A stretch of 63,909 nt of DNA, the filler included, from Lenisia limosa (Eukaryota > Protista > Breviatea): assembly GCA_001655205.1 (NCBI GenBank). It is 9 parts of 9 records of this genome, joined end to end, with 100 filler letters (N's around TTAATTAATTAA, not from the genome) between each part and the next. Parts side by side here need not be neighbours in the genome. Positions count along the whole stretch, not along the records: positions 37,568 to 40,648 come from LPNZ01009899.1; positions 40,749 to 52,275 come from LPNZ01007748.1; 7 more parts are not named here. One strand, 5' to 3'. Shown piece after piece: positions 37,830-50,673 of this stretch (positions within the stretch are counted from its first letter, which is position 1; the number at the start of each line of letters is the position of its first letter). The notes below the pieces were generated by a model that saw only the letters and a program-made list of their open reading frames with translations, was not told where the DNA came from and did no database searches. The translations under genes and the position numbers were made by a program.

Positions 37830-40274
37830 GAAGCCCTCAATGAGTTCCAGTCAGCGACCTTGTTGAACCCCCAAAACGTTGCCAATCTCAAAGAAGTGGC
37901 CCGATGCTTGTTGGCTGGCTATTCCGGGAATGTCACTGTTTTTGCGGGTTTTATCTTTTTTTTTTATATTATTAAAGTAAACTTGGGTTTCAATTTTGGT
38001 AGCTACCCATTTCACGTCTTANNNNNNNNNNNNNNNNNNNNNNNNNNNNNNNNNNNNNNNNNNNNNNNNNNNNNNNNNNNNNNNNNNNNNNNNNNNNNNN
38101 NNNNNNNNNNNNNNNNNNNNNNNNNNNNNNNNNNNNNNNNNNNNNNNNNNNNNNNNNNNNNNNNNNNNNNNNNNNNNNNNNNNNNNNNNNNNNNNNNNNN
38201 NNNNNNNNNNNNNNNNNNNNNNNNNTCCTCGGACGGCCACGACAAAGTGTTGAAGTGTTCATGTCCGCAGAGGATATCGACTCTGAGGACTGGGTGGGTG
38301 GGGGAGGAACTTTTCAACCCTATTGTTTTGACAAGTGCTTTTTTTCTGGATGACACAAAACAACACGTATTTTATCATACGATTAGAGACATGAACGTAG
38401 TAGCTAGGACCCTGTGCGATTATTTGAGAAATTCATTTCAAAACTAGAAGTTGAATATATCATATGATATGTAGTATACTGTGTCTATTTCAGACTCTTC
38501 AGTTTACATTTTGGCTATCATTTCTTCATCAAATCAATTGCACAGAGTCAGTGATAAGTCTTGACAGATCTTCCTGATAGGAACTTTGTCTGTGCAGATA
38601 CATATACTATATGTTATGATATGCATATTAATATAAAATAGCTATTGCAGTTTTATTGTCTTCACCTTTCCTAGGAAATCCACCATAACAAAGCACTTTG
38701 TTACATTCAGCTGAAGGATTATGATGAGGTCTGTCAACAAAGGGTACAAATTGACAAGATTAGCTCTAATCAACTCTATTCTTTGTTCGTTGCTGTGTCA
38801 CGCCTTGTTGTATTGCAAATGATTTGGTGAATTCCAATAAAAATGAAATCATAATCTCTTATTAACAAGATTTTGATGCTCCCATTATTTTCCTGTACAT
38901 AATATGATCATTTTAACATTTCGCCTTCACAATTACCGCAACAGGCAGCAGAATGCTTTCAAACGGCCAACAGTATCGCAAGACACGAGTGCACGTATGA
39001 ACAACTCGGCAGGCTCTTTGTCCAAACCGGTACGGCAAATGAACTGAACTGAACTAAACTAAACTGAACTTATTATTTTTATTATCCTTCCGTATCTTGA
39101 GTACTTTTATATATCAGATGTATATGACTGAAATATTGGTAACAACTAGGACTTCAACGTTAATTGTATGCAATAATGGTGAACGTTACTGACCCCATGC
39201 AGGGCAACTCCAGGAGGCTCTTGACGTTTTCCTCGAAGCTGTGGAGTGGGGGGAGTAGGAGTGGTAAAATGATAATTCACACGCTTTTCTTTAATTTTTA
39301 TGAGTAGGGCTTCACTTCTGTTCGAAAAAAGACGGAATTTATCGATAAATCCTTGAAAACTATCGCCCTACTTATGAGAACTGAAATTTATCCCCCCTCC
39401 TTAGGTTCTCCCCGGACCGTTCAAATCTTTTAACTGCCCTCGGACTTGTCTACCTCAGGTGAGGGTGTATAATGGGTATTTTATGAGGGCGGGTTCGAAG
39501 TGTCAATATTTCTTCAGAACTTAAGAGTGACTTAAGATTGACTTAGACTTCAGTTTTGTTTTCGAAGTGCAAACTTAATCCGACTAAAGTCAGGACCCCA
39601 ACGGTCCCCTGGATTGTTTTTTTGTTGAAGTCACATCGTATAATAATTTAATAGTTCCTCTCTCTCAGCTAGAGTTGAGCAAAAGAGTACATTGTCATCA
39701 CAATTACAGGAGAGTCCCATTGAAAGCAAAATTTCAATGATAGAGTAAAAATAAATCAAGCAAAACAGTTGAGAACCACGAAATAGTAGCCATTGAAGCC
39801 AAAGAGAAGTAAAGAAGCTCCAAAGAAAAGGGGAAATTGAAGGGAAGAAGGGAAAATGTTTGGGTTAGGAATCCTAAGAATCCTAAGTCACCAAATTTGG
39901 GGGCTTGAAACCTAGTCAAATCTTCAGAGCCTTCGGCATCCGAGCCACTTCCGACACTTAAGTTGATTGAACTTAAGAAAAATTTACACTTCAAACGCGT
40001 AGTCTGAAGATTCCTAAGAAGTTTTAACACTTTGAAGGAGAGGGATATTGAGAGATGGTATTTCGTCTTGTTTCTCTTTTACTTTTCTTAATTCCTTCAT
40101 TCAATTTTACTNNNNNNNNNNNNNNNNNNNNNNNNNNNNNNNNNNNNNNNNNNNNNNNNNNNNNNNNNNNNNNNNNNNNNNNNNNNNNNNNNNNNGACCC
40201 TCAGACTTGGCGATTCGTTCAAGGCCTTTCTCCATTTGGGCAATGCTACTGCCCAGGACCAGACCAATCCAAAA
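37830..40274 (+). CDS. BBS4: Bardet-Biedl syndrome 4 (BBSome TPR subunit), internal fragment
   Basis: EALNEFQSATLLNPQNVANLKEVARCL...LGRPRQSVEVFMSAEDIDSEDW|EIHHNKALCYIQLKDYDE|AAECFQTANSIARHECTYEQLGRLFVQT|GQLQEALDVFLEAVE|FSPDRSNLLTALGLVYLR|LGDSFKAFLHLGNATAQDQTNPK. Collinear with the BBS4 TPRs as recalled. Confidence 0.92.
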
Positions 40275-40920
40275 GTGGGCAAGGGGGGACCGGACCATTG
40301 CAAAAGGAGGCAAGGGGTAGAGCTTCACTTTCGGTTCCGAAACACCTGTAAAACATGGATATTTATCGAGGAATTTGTCGAGAATTCAGTCTTTGGAACC
40401 GAAGTGAAGCTCTAGCAAGGGGGGACCTGACCCGTGCAAAAGGCGGCAAGGGGTTATGATATACTAACCAGGATTTAATGTAACTAATTATGAAACGATA
40501 TTAGAATTTGAAATGGGACCAAGACCCCCCATCTTCAAAGCATTCATTATTTCACTTGTTTGTTTGGATTTTTAGATTATTCGGTTCGTGATTATTACTG
40601 TTACGCCAATATTCTTCATCGAAATTTCTTCATTTTACCCCCCCCCCCNNNNNNNNNNNNNNNNNNNNNNNNNNNNNNNNNNNNNNNNNNNNTTAATTAA
40701 TTAANNNNNNNNNNNNNNNNNNNNNNNNNNNNNNNNNNNNNNNNNNNNACATAACCTTATTTTTTATTTCTCATTGCAATAATGTGTGTATACAATGACC
40801 TGGATAAGTCTTGCCCTATCATACAATCATAGATACATGTATATGTCCGTGTCATCTCAGTATGAGAGATATATAATGAAACAAGCCGAAGCCGTCCACC
40901 ATCACTCTGATAAAGGATAT

Positions 40921-41674
40921 TGGCTTTAAATAAAATACTAATTCGCCCGACCATTTTGAGAAAGACAGCTTTCCGCGGCATACAACAAGCCCATCTCAAT
41001 CCCACCTGGTATGGAACGACAAGACCGACCAGGACCGCAACTGAGTACGAAAGGAAGAACCAGATGATCACAGATCGCTGCAGTATAAGGAGAGGGCCAC
41101 ATGATGAAATTGTGCTACAAACGAATAGTGCTATGATAAGAATGATGACGAAAGCAATGGATTGTTTCAGGTAGAAGCAAAAACAAAGATTGAAAAGTAA
41201 AAGCAAATGATAATTGAGCAAAAGAGTGTTGCAATAACGGATGAATATTCGGGCATTTGCACTCGGAAGAATAAGTTGCAATTCCATATAGGCAGGAAAA
41301 TTCGGGAAGTAGAGATGCTATGATGCAACTACTACTATGTCTGCCAACTTAACTGAATAAAGGACGGAATGTGACCAAAAGAAATAACCGCAATGGAAAG
41401 CAACCCCAGTAGCCAGCATACCTTGCTTGGAGAATGGACAACCCTTGACCAGTCTTCATTCTAGCAATGGTGAGGCTGACACGACAAACGGCATATATAT
41501 TATTCTACACATCATTTTACATACATAGAGTCCGGAAAGGAACTTCGGGCGCTTGATACATGAAGGCCTCTGCGTTTTTTTGAAATCTTCGGGGTCTACG
41601 TTGGAATCTTCTCCATCAGATTCGACATCCTCTTCATTAACGTCCCTAAGAGGGACTACTTTGTTTCTATCCAT
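40921..41674 (-). CDS. Unknown polytopic membrane protein (partial)
   Basis: Acidic N-terminus MDRNKVVPLRDVNEEDVESDGED... followed by several hydrophobic segments (ORF 40757-41287). Splicing is ambiguous. Confidence 0.45.
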
Positions 41675-42022
41675 CTTGGGCTTGAAGGTCCTCACCTACC
41701 ACTCCCTCATTCTTACTATCTACTCTTACAAAACGGTACTAAGTATTGAATTTACCTATATTATACAACAATCAAACGTTTCCTGTTCAAAATTTGCAAT
41801 TTCGACTTATACTTAACCACCCCATGTTTCTCTTTCAAAATTGAATCCTCAAAATGAAGCCTATTTTCACAGATATTGTCTGAGTGTGTAATAATAGTAT
41901 AATAATCAAAAAGAAACTGAAAAGAAAGCAACTTTGGGACAGATTAGTAACTATTTCCCCTGCCTCTCCAACATATTTGACATTGTGCATTGCCGCATCT
42001 CTATGGTGGCATTCGTACTGAC

Positions 42023-45000
42023 ATGTTTCTTCTCAACGTAGAAAAGCCCAAGGGTAAGTAGTTTTTTTTTGATGAATTCATGATTAACACTGCAGCGAAG
42101 TCTTGTTTGGTCATTACGGGAAACGATGAGATTTCAGTTGGACGACATGGTAAGGACAAAGAGGGGATCCGCGGTTTATGAGGGCTTGTTTACAACTTTT
42201 AACACATATTTTCTACAAAACAATGGAATATCTGGCGTGTTTGTGTGCTATCATTTTCACCATCATCAGATAACCATCACCATCACCATATTATTATCAT
42301 CACCACCATGTTTGACTCTGTAGACGAAAGCACAGTAAAGCTCACAGAAGTCAATGTTTGGGGGTTTCCTCTTGTTTAATTATTGTTTTTTTTAATTACT
42401 TGAAGTTACATATGATACGTGCTGGAGATGACATTTTTTAGGTTAGTCGCAAGCACTGTAGAGTTGTGTCCAAACCCATTGAACCTAACGATGTTAACTG
42501 TACGCAATGGGTTGAGAGGTTATGGTCGCCTCTTACGGTCAGATAATACACTACGGCGCATTGACTTGGGATTTTTATGAACACATTGACTTGGTTCTTA
42601 TGAACACTACAGCACATTGGCTTGGGAGGAACACTATGGCGCACTAACTTGGGTTTCCCATCAAAGTTGGATTTCCCATTAGTTACATGAGAAATCCATG
42701 TAGTTATCTGGAAATTTGAAGAAATTTATGGAATTCTCAAATACCACATTGGAATCCCAAGTTGATGCGCTGTAGTGTTTCTTGTTTTATTTCTCATTTC
42801 TACATAAGTTTGGAAGTGAAGACCTTATCCTTCCCATCATCCGCGATCTTATTTCTTAGTTGGCAAGCCTCAAGATGGCCCTCAGTTCAAAATTTTCCTC
42901 AGTGACATGTCAAGTGTAAGTGCCGTCTGGCGTTCTGCTGACCTCTCAGACTGGAACGTTTTGCGGAACACAAAAACTTAAAAAGGAATCTATCGAGCAG
43001 CATGATGGCGATACGTTCACTATTGGCCGCAATAAATTTACGTAGGACTGGCTGTAGTGGAGTTAACTTTTTTTCAGGGTGCGCTTCAAACCCCTTGGCA
43101 TCTTTGGTGATTCAAGAACACTGAGGCATTCCATCCAGACCCTCATGCCCACATTGAAACCCATGGGTGCGTTTTTCGAAAAAAAGGTTTCAGCGCAGAC
43201 GTATCTCTATGTTTCAGAAGTGGGAATGAAAGATTATATTGGTCTCTTATAAGTGATGGTGTGGACGGCNNNNNNNNNNNNNNNNNNNNNNNNNNNNNNN
43301 NNNNNNNNNNNNNNNNNNNNNNNNNNNNNNNNNNNNNNNNNNNNNNNNNNNNNNNNNNNNNNAACATATATATATATATATGTTGACTCAAAATAAAGAA
43401 TATTTAAATGAGTCATGCAATTCATACCAAAGCCAGTGTCAAACATAATAATGAAGACATCTAATGGGCAATTCATATCAAAGCCAGTGTCAAATATAAT
43501 AATGAAGACATCTAATGGTACAGGGTGTGATGGACCGAAAACCGAATCTCATGAAGGCGCTAATTCTCCAACTGGTGGGTATGGATCGTATAAGTCAACG
43601 GGTAACATAGAGGACAGTTTGAGTTTGTTTGTTTGTACTGATACCACTCCAGGAGTTTGTCACACCTGAATACCTCAAACACCTAGCTCAGTGCATAGGA
43701 GCAAACAAAACCCTTCCAAACTTCAGCTTGTATGTTGAGCGAGGATTTTTACCGTTCATCTGTTAATCGTTTTATTTTTTGTTCAACTATTCTCAGCATA
43801 GTTTTGATTTAAATTCATAACAGCGGGTTTAGTACCTCCTTTTATTGACCCCTTTTTAGATTCCGGCCGAAATGTTCACATCGCGCCCTGACATCCCTGG
43901 AGCCCCTGAACTCACGAAGTTCGGTGTTTTCAGGCTTTCTTTTCGTGTTTAAAGCCAGCCTTCCGGTAATCTACAGCTACTCCAATGCCCATTGTTAAAC
44001 CATCATATCACTTTTTCACACGTGTGAAATATGATACCTCGTATCCACTCGTATGATAATTGACCGATAAGTCTCAATGATACTCTGATACACTCTGGAT
44101 GAACCGTCGTGTTATCTTCGTTCATCATTTCGATTTGGAAGTCGGTCATGTGATCATCATATATGGGTAAAAAGTCCACCATTTTGAATGTTGTTTTGCT
44201 GTCTCCCCTTTTACTCCACTTTTTACCCGTCTGTTGTTTGACACTTCAGACTCGAGAAATTCTCTCGGAATTAGTGTTGCTTGGTAAAGGCTCGATATCA
44301 ACCGAGTTCACTGAGAACTCCAAGAAGACAGTGGTTGCCATAGGATTTAAGGAGGACAATGTACCCGAATACGCTATAAAGAAGGACGAGGGTGGGCTTG
44401 TTTTGAGTTATTTTCTCATTCTTTAGGGTTCATTGGGACTTCAATTTTCTATGGCAGAGTGGATTGTAAGTGGCTAAAGACAAAATATCATCATATAATG
44501 GAGATTTATCATAAAACTTATGATTATACCTGTGATGGTAATAAAATATTCAGCCTTATACACATTTTCATCTGCACGTGTTTCTTATTATGATTTTCTT
44601 TGATTTTTCTTCGATTTTTTATTTCCGTTTTGTTTTATATTGATGATCCTTTGATTTTTGATTGTCCTTTGATTTTCCTTTGATTTTGTATTTTCCTTTA
44701 CCATTCAGTGTCAATGACAAACTCTCAAAACCAAGATCTGTAGGCTACACACTCTTTATTATTTCTCATTGTTAGGGCTTCACTTCGGTTCGAAAAATAC
44801 CTGTTAAATATCGATAGTTTTCGATTTATCGAGAAATTCACTCTTTTTTTTTTAACTGAGTGAAGCCCTAGGGACTCATTGAACGTGTAATATTGGGCTG
44901 CCTTGTAGTACAATCAAAGATCAGTCAAATATCAACAGTTTTCGAAGATTTATCGGAGAATTCCTCCTTTTTTTCGGACGAAAGCCATAGTTACAATGAT

Positions 45001-48000
45001 ACCCTATTTCTCATCTCCATATAATGACCCCCCCCCCNNNNNNNNNNNNNNNNNNNNNNNNNNNNNNNNNNNNNNNNNNNNNNNNNNNNNNNNNNNNNNN
45101 NNNNNNNNNNNNNNAACTTTGATTCTGAAGGAACCCCCACTTTACTCAATCCACAATTCCACGAAAGTGAGTTTCCCTCATTCTACAGATCCCAAGTCTC
45201 AGTGGTCTCATCTGTCTACCAGGCCCCTACAAAGCCCCCAGTCTACTCGCAGCACCCGCATAGTCTCATGTTATCATCTAACACCCTCACGGCTAATCCT
45301 TCAGCCAACTCTCTTGCTCCCAAACCGTGGGTTCTTGAGCGCATTTCGGACTGAAGAAATATCGATTTTATTGGAAATTTTTTTGGAAGTTCAGTCCTCG
45401 TTTCGGAATCGAAGATTTTGTTCTTTTGAAATTGAGATCTCTTCTGCTTGATAGTTTTTGTCTACTTTCTCCTACCCTATACTTTTTCTTTTTGTCCATT
45501 TTTTCATCTTTTCACTTCCCTTCGCTATCCCTTCACTTTTACAGGTCTCTTGGCATTCCTCGTCCTTCAGCTCAGTCGCTCATTGCTCGTCCTTCAGCTC
45601 AGTCGCTCATTGCTCGTCCTTCAGCTCAGTCACTCATTGCGAAGCCCCAATTCCAAAAACCAGCAGTCCCAACACAAGTCACTTCAAACGTTGATCTGCT
45701 ATCTTCTTCTGCTCCTCCTCAGCACCAATCAAAACAATCACTTCTTCCATCCAAACAGTCCTCAATTCAATCAAAACAATCTCTCATTCCATCAAAACAA
45801 TCATTGATCCCAAGCTCGCAAGATGTTCCTGAACCAAAAAAGCAAGACATCCCTGCTCCACAATCCCTCCCTATTGCCCCCAACTCCCTCCTAGCTGACA
45901 AACCGGCTCCGCGACGAAGAGTTCTCCCGCCGTCATTCTCACAACAAGACTGCAAGAAGCCTAATCTAAAGGCCTCTTCTCAGCTCCAAAAGCCTGCCAT
46001 CAAACAGCTCGATTCCTCCGAGTCTCAAAGAGATGTCTCCTCCCAGCCCATCTCTTCCCTGCCCCCCTCCCAACCAATCATTAACACCCATCCCTCCCAG
46101 CCAGTTGAGAACAAGCCACCTCAGCCGATTCTTGAACCGAAGCCTACTAGGAAAAGACGAATGCCGGCCGCTTTCTTTCAGTCTTCCAAGCCACCACCAA
46201 AACCATCAACATCACCACCAAAGCCATCATCATCATCTCCACCACCACAAGAACAATCACCGCCATCAGAATCCATTCCAGATGCCGAACGTCCCTCAGT
46301 TCCATCACCTCCATCTTCCATTCCATCATCCTCATCCCCGCCATCCACAGATCTCCCAGATCTCTCAGATCCAGCCGAAGCCAAGCCTGCCCCTCGGAAG
46401 CGAAGGGCCGCAGCCCGACCCAACCCCACAATCTCACCTTCCGACGCCAAGAGCCCCATTGGATATGGCGAGTCCCCTTCACCGCCGCCGGACTCACCCC
46501 CGCTTCTTACGAAAAAGAAAGGCGGCCGAGCCAAAAAAGTGGAGGTGCCGAAGGGGGCGCTGGAGGAGATTGTTGACCCCACGCCAGACGAAATGAAGGG
46601 AAATGAAGCGAGCGAGGCGGATATTGCGGAGTTCCTTGCTTCCATGTCTAAAAGCGTGCTCGATGACCCCAATCGGAATTTCCTCAAAAGTGGTGAAGTT
46701 GTGACTTATGATGGTGGGTGGTGAAACTGTGGCTTATGATGGTGGTGAAGCTGTGGCTTATGATGGTGGTGAAGCTGTGGCTTATGATGGTGGTGAAGTT
46801 GTGGCTTATGATGGTGGTGAAGCTGTGGCTTATGATGGTGGTGAAGTTGTGGCTTATGATGGTGGTGAAGTTGTGGCTTATGATGGGGGTGAAGCTGTTG
46901 CGTATGATGGGGGTGAAGCTGTGGCTTATGATGGGGGTGGGGTACGAGGCTTATCTGAAAATGAGTGGTATTTGTTGGCTGGTGTAGTTTAACGTAAAGA
47001 ATTCTTTATTTTTTTCAAAAAAGCCGTCTCCAATCCACACCCCGTTTTAAGACTCCAANNNNNNNNNNNNNNNNNNNNNNNNNNNNNNNNNNNNNNNNNN
47101 NNNNNNNNNNNNNNNNNNNNNNNNNNNNNNNNNNNNNNNNNNNNNNNNNNNNNNNNNNNNNNNNNNNNNNNNNNNNNNNNNNNNNNNNNNNNNNNNNNNN
47201 NNNNNNNNNNNNNNNNNNNNNNNNNNNNNNNNNNNNNNNNNNNNNNNNNNNNNNNNNNNNNNNNNNNNNNNNNNNNNNNNNNNNNNNNNNNNNNNNNNNN
47301 NNNNNNNNNNNNGAAGAAGACATCAAGCATCAAATCGATGACCTGGTGTGGGTAACTAGGTACAGGTGAGCTAGATACAGGGAGGAAATGCAGTAGTATA
47401 CTACACGGTGTTAACAAACAAACATGGAAAACTTGTGAGGGAATGCGTCTATCTGCCAATGTTATATTGTTGGTTTTATTACCCCATGTTGTTCGTTTGA
47501 GTACTGAGGTGAATTTGTTTCTCTATTTGGCGGCTTAGGCCAGATACATCTTTGTTTTATTTCTCATCTCTTGATACAAAAAAAAAATAAAAATAAAATG
47601 AATCATTTACTGATCCAATCTGATCAGTATGTGCCTTCTCCCCTATGAACTTGGAGTTCACTTCGGTTAGAAAAAAGACTGCTAACTCCTTGAAAATTAA
47701 CGATATTTTACCGGTCTTTTTCGAACCAAAGTGAAGCCCAACTATTAAATCCTTCAAAAACGCACATTTCATATCGTAGCAAGTCACCGGAGGGGGAGAC
47801 ACCAGGGTTCATCAACATCAAGCCGTTTGTCTCCACTGTGGTAGGTTATGTCCTGTATTGACCCATGGTGTAACTTTGACTCATGTCTATGAGTATAAAT
47901 CATACAATTATTATTTATTTGATATATATGATATACATTAGTATGCCACGCCACACCATATACTAAATCATATGAAAAAATCAACCTTGCTGGCTGAATA

Positions 48001-50609
48001 TTTAAGAAATACTTGGGGGATGAAGTGTGTGATGGCGAACTGGACAAAAGAAACAGAAGCCACGTATGATACTAGTTCAAAATAGAATTAGTAGTATGAA
48101 TGAGAAAATGTAGAATATACAGCTGAATACGATATCTTAAAGAAGCGTAAGAAAGAAGTCATTTAAAGTTTCTGTTCAATTACGCCAGACCGATATTCTT
48201 TAGTATGTACAAGATCCGGCGTCCATCGTGAAGCTTGACTATGAAGTCCAAAACGACAACGACAACAATCGCCACACCTTCACACATGACCCCAACAAGC
48301 TTGATCTTCGCACTGCTCAGCCACCCAGCCCGGAGCCCTTGGTATGCGGGGGGAAGGGGGAAGGGTATTTGATTGAGTGGTATCATTTTTATATTGAATG
48401 TAATATCATATTTATCTTTTTTTTTTTTAAGTTTTTGGAGGATGGGGGGGCTGCTTTTGGGTCTTTTGGGAGAGTAATGTTGTTTCGGTGGGAGGGCGAG
48501 CAAAACTCAATGTGTCGTTTTCTGGTAGTGTTTCTCTTTGTGTACAGGCAACCGCCGGATCTCTATTCTCTATGATCCTAGTAGAGACTTTACAGTAAAA
48601 AACAATCAATATTTGACCATTCTTGCTTAATGCATTTCACCTGTCTTCACTTCGGTTTGGAAATAGACTGAATTTCTCGATAAATCCTCGAAAACTATGG
48701 ATATTTTACCGTTCTTTTTCGAACCGAAGTGAAGCCCTATGGCTGATATGTTACCAGCTATGCTTGGATAAAGTGAAAGTGGTTATGTGACTGACCTTTT
48801 TTAGGAGTTTCTTTCATCAATGGAGCAACAAGAGCTTGCAGAAACAGCAGCACGCAAAAGGTGCGCCTCTATATTTGGGGCATTATTAGGGTTCACTTCG
48901 GTTCAAAAAAGAACATAAAAGTAAAATATGATAGTTTTCGAGGATTAATCAATAAAGTCAGTCTTTTTTTAACCGAAGTGAAGCCCGAGGGTGGTTCCCT
49001 CCTGTACCTTTTATATCTCTGCTTCAAATTGGGATCAACATAATCTTTCATGGTGCTATATTATATGATATTGTGAATTACTATTATAATATCTCTTATA
49101 AGCGTGAAGGTGCGGACGGCTTCGGCCAGTTGCTATGTATTAATATATGATATAGCTACATTATGTCTCTTCTTTTAGAACCCCTTCATATAGGCTTTGT
49201 TTTATCCATTAGAACGGCGGAAGAGAAAAAGAAGAAAGGCAAGATCACTGATCAGATCCTTGAGGATGACGATCAAGATATGTTTGATCTTCTGGTAGGG
49301 ATGTGCTCATGGCTTCACCCCGGTCCTAAAAATACCATTAAAATATTGATCTCATATTTATCAGGGATTTATCGAGAAATTAGGTTCTTTTAGAACCGAA
49401 GTTATTCCCGAGATAATATATACATATATACTATATGATATATACTATTTGATCATCTAGCTAATATTAGACTTCACTGTGATGATAGCCCCCCCCTTTT
49501 TTTTTTATTTAGGAATCTCTCGACCTAAAAAATCCTAACAAAATTTTAAGAATCGATTTCGTATTCGATATTGGAGAGTGTTATGTAGAAAAGCCAAAAG
49601 TATTGCTTCAACACTGTTGAAAAAGCTAAACAAATCCTTTAACACTGTTGAAAAAGTCAAGAATAATGCTGTAGAAAAAGCCAACAAAGGCGGCACGGAG
49701 GGCTGGTAAACAGCCGGCAACCGCATCAAAGGCTGGAGCACTGTCACCCCGGCGTGGGGTGAGACGTGACGAAATCGTGGGGGAAGTTGTCGGGGCGGAG
49801 GGTAAAAGGACAATTTTGTTGGAAAGGGGGGGGGGGGNNNNNNNNNNNNNNNNNNNNNNNNNNNNNNNNNNNNNNNNNNNNNNNNNNNNNNNNNNNNNNN
49901 NNNNNNNNNNNNNNNNNNNNNNNNNNNNNNNNNNNNNNNNNNNNNNNNNNNTTCTGGTAAATTTCACATAGTTTAACAACATTTCTTAGTATTTTCGATA
50001 CAATTGTCCATAACCAATGGAAAATCAGTAATATCACCCTGAACAGCAAATATTCATGACCTTAGAAGCCCATCCGTGATGATATTTCTGAAGCAGGCTC
50101 AATAAAGGTGAGGTCTTGCATCCATGGTTACAGTATATAACAATTTTATTCCTCTTCATAACTGGTTTTTCCTCCTATCTAATTCAAAAAGTTGCTAATC
50201 TCTTGGAGGAGGGCTGACCTGTTGGAGAACGTGAGACTTTGACCCTATTTTTAGCTTACTGACACTAGGTGGTGAGAAGGGCAGCCAAAACAGCACCATT
50301 CAAGCCTCCTGCAATTAAGAAGCCACGTGCTGCTGCTGTCCCCAAACCCAAGCCCAAGCCAAGAGCAAAGAGACAGAAAACTCCCACAGATGATGAAGTG
50401 ATGGGGGGGGGTTTTGCGGCCCCTTTTCTTTGGGTTAATCAATTTTTTGAAGAAATATTGACAAATACACTCACCCAAACTCATTCTGGCTTCCAGTTTT
50501 ATCTCCTCGTACCTATTTACGCTCTTAGTATGATGACGGCGCTTTCGACGATTTTGACATGGATGACCTTTCACAAATCACCTCAAGATCACGGCTAAGG
50601 CGAAAGTAG
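42023..50609 (+). CDS. NBN: Nibrin/NBS1-like protein: FHA + tandem BRCT, long P/S/K-rich linker, acidic-basic C-terminus
   Basis: FHA: EISVGRH|DESTVKLTEVN|VSRKHCRV...DMSS|TGTFCG...GDTFTIG. BRCT1: ...GAFFEKKVSAQTYLYVSE|GVMDRKPNLMKALIL|EFVTPEYL. BRCT2: SRSSVFSGFLFVF. Tentative end YDDGAFDDFDMDDLSQITSRSRLRRK*. Linking the 3' half (45.5-50.6 kb) to the 5' half is an inference across N gaps. Confidence 0.75.
42549..42777. mobile_element. Non-autonomous TIR element family B with CACTA termini
   Basis: CACTACGGCGCATTGACTTGGGATT...AATCCCAAGTTGATGCGCTGTAGTG. Related pieces at 21537-21667 and 28491-28570. The 3-bp TSD is not preserved (ATA vs TTT). Confidence 0.7.
45561..45641 (+). repeat. 27-bp coding repeat, 3 copies (RPSAQSLIA)
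   Basis: Visible at the start of the long P/S-rich exon (ORF 45426-46724). Confidence 0.9.
46692..46940. repeat. 24-bp minisatellite, about 10 copies, starting in the exon end and running into the intron
   Basis: Unit GGTGAAGCTGTGGCTTATGATGGT. The first copy encodes GEVVTYDG at the end of the exon. Confidence 0.92.
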
Positions 50610-50673
50610 TCCCGCCACCACCAGAGTTTAATATTAAATGTACAGAATCGTAACTAAGAAAGACGTTCTTTAG

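Noticed and set aside
46033-46987. His/Pro-rich, Gly-rich and MVVKLWL-repeat ORFs
   Set aside because: Alternative-frame or antisense shadows of the P/S-rich exon and the 24-bp minisatellite.
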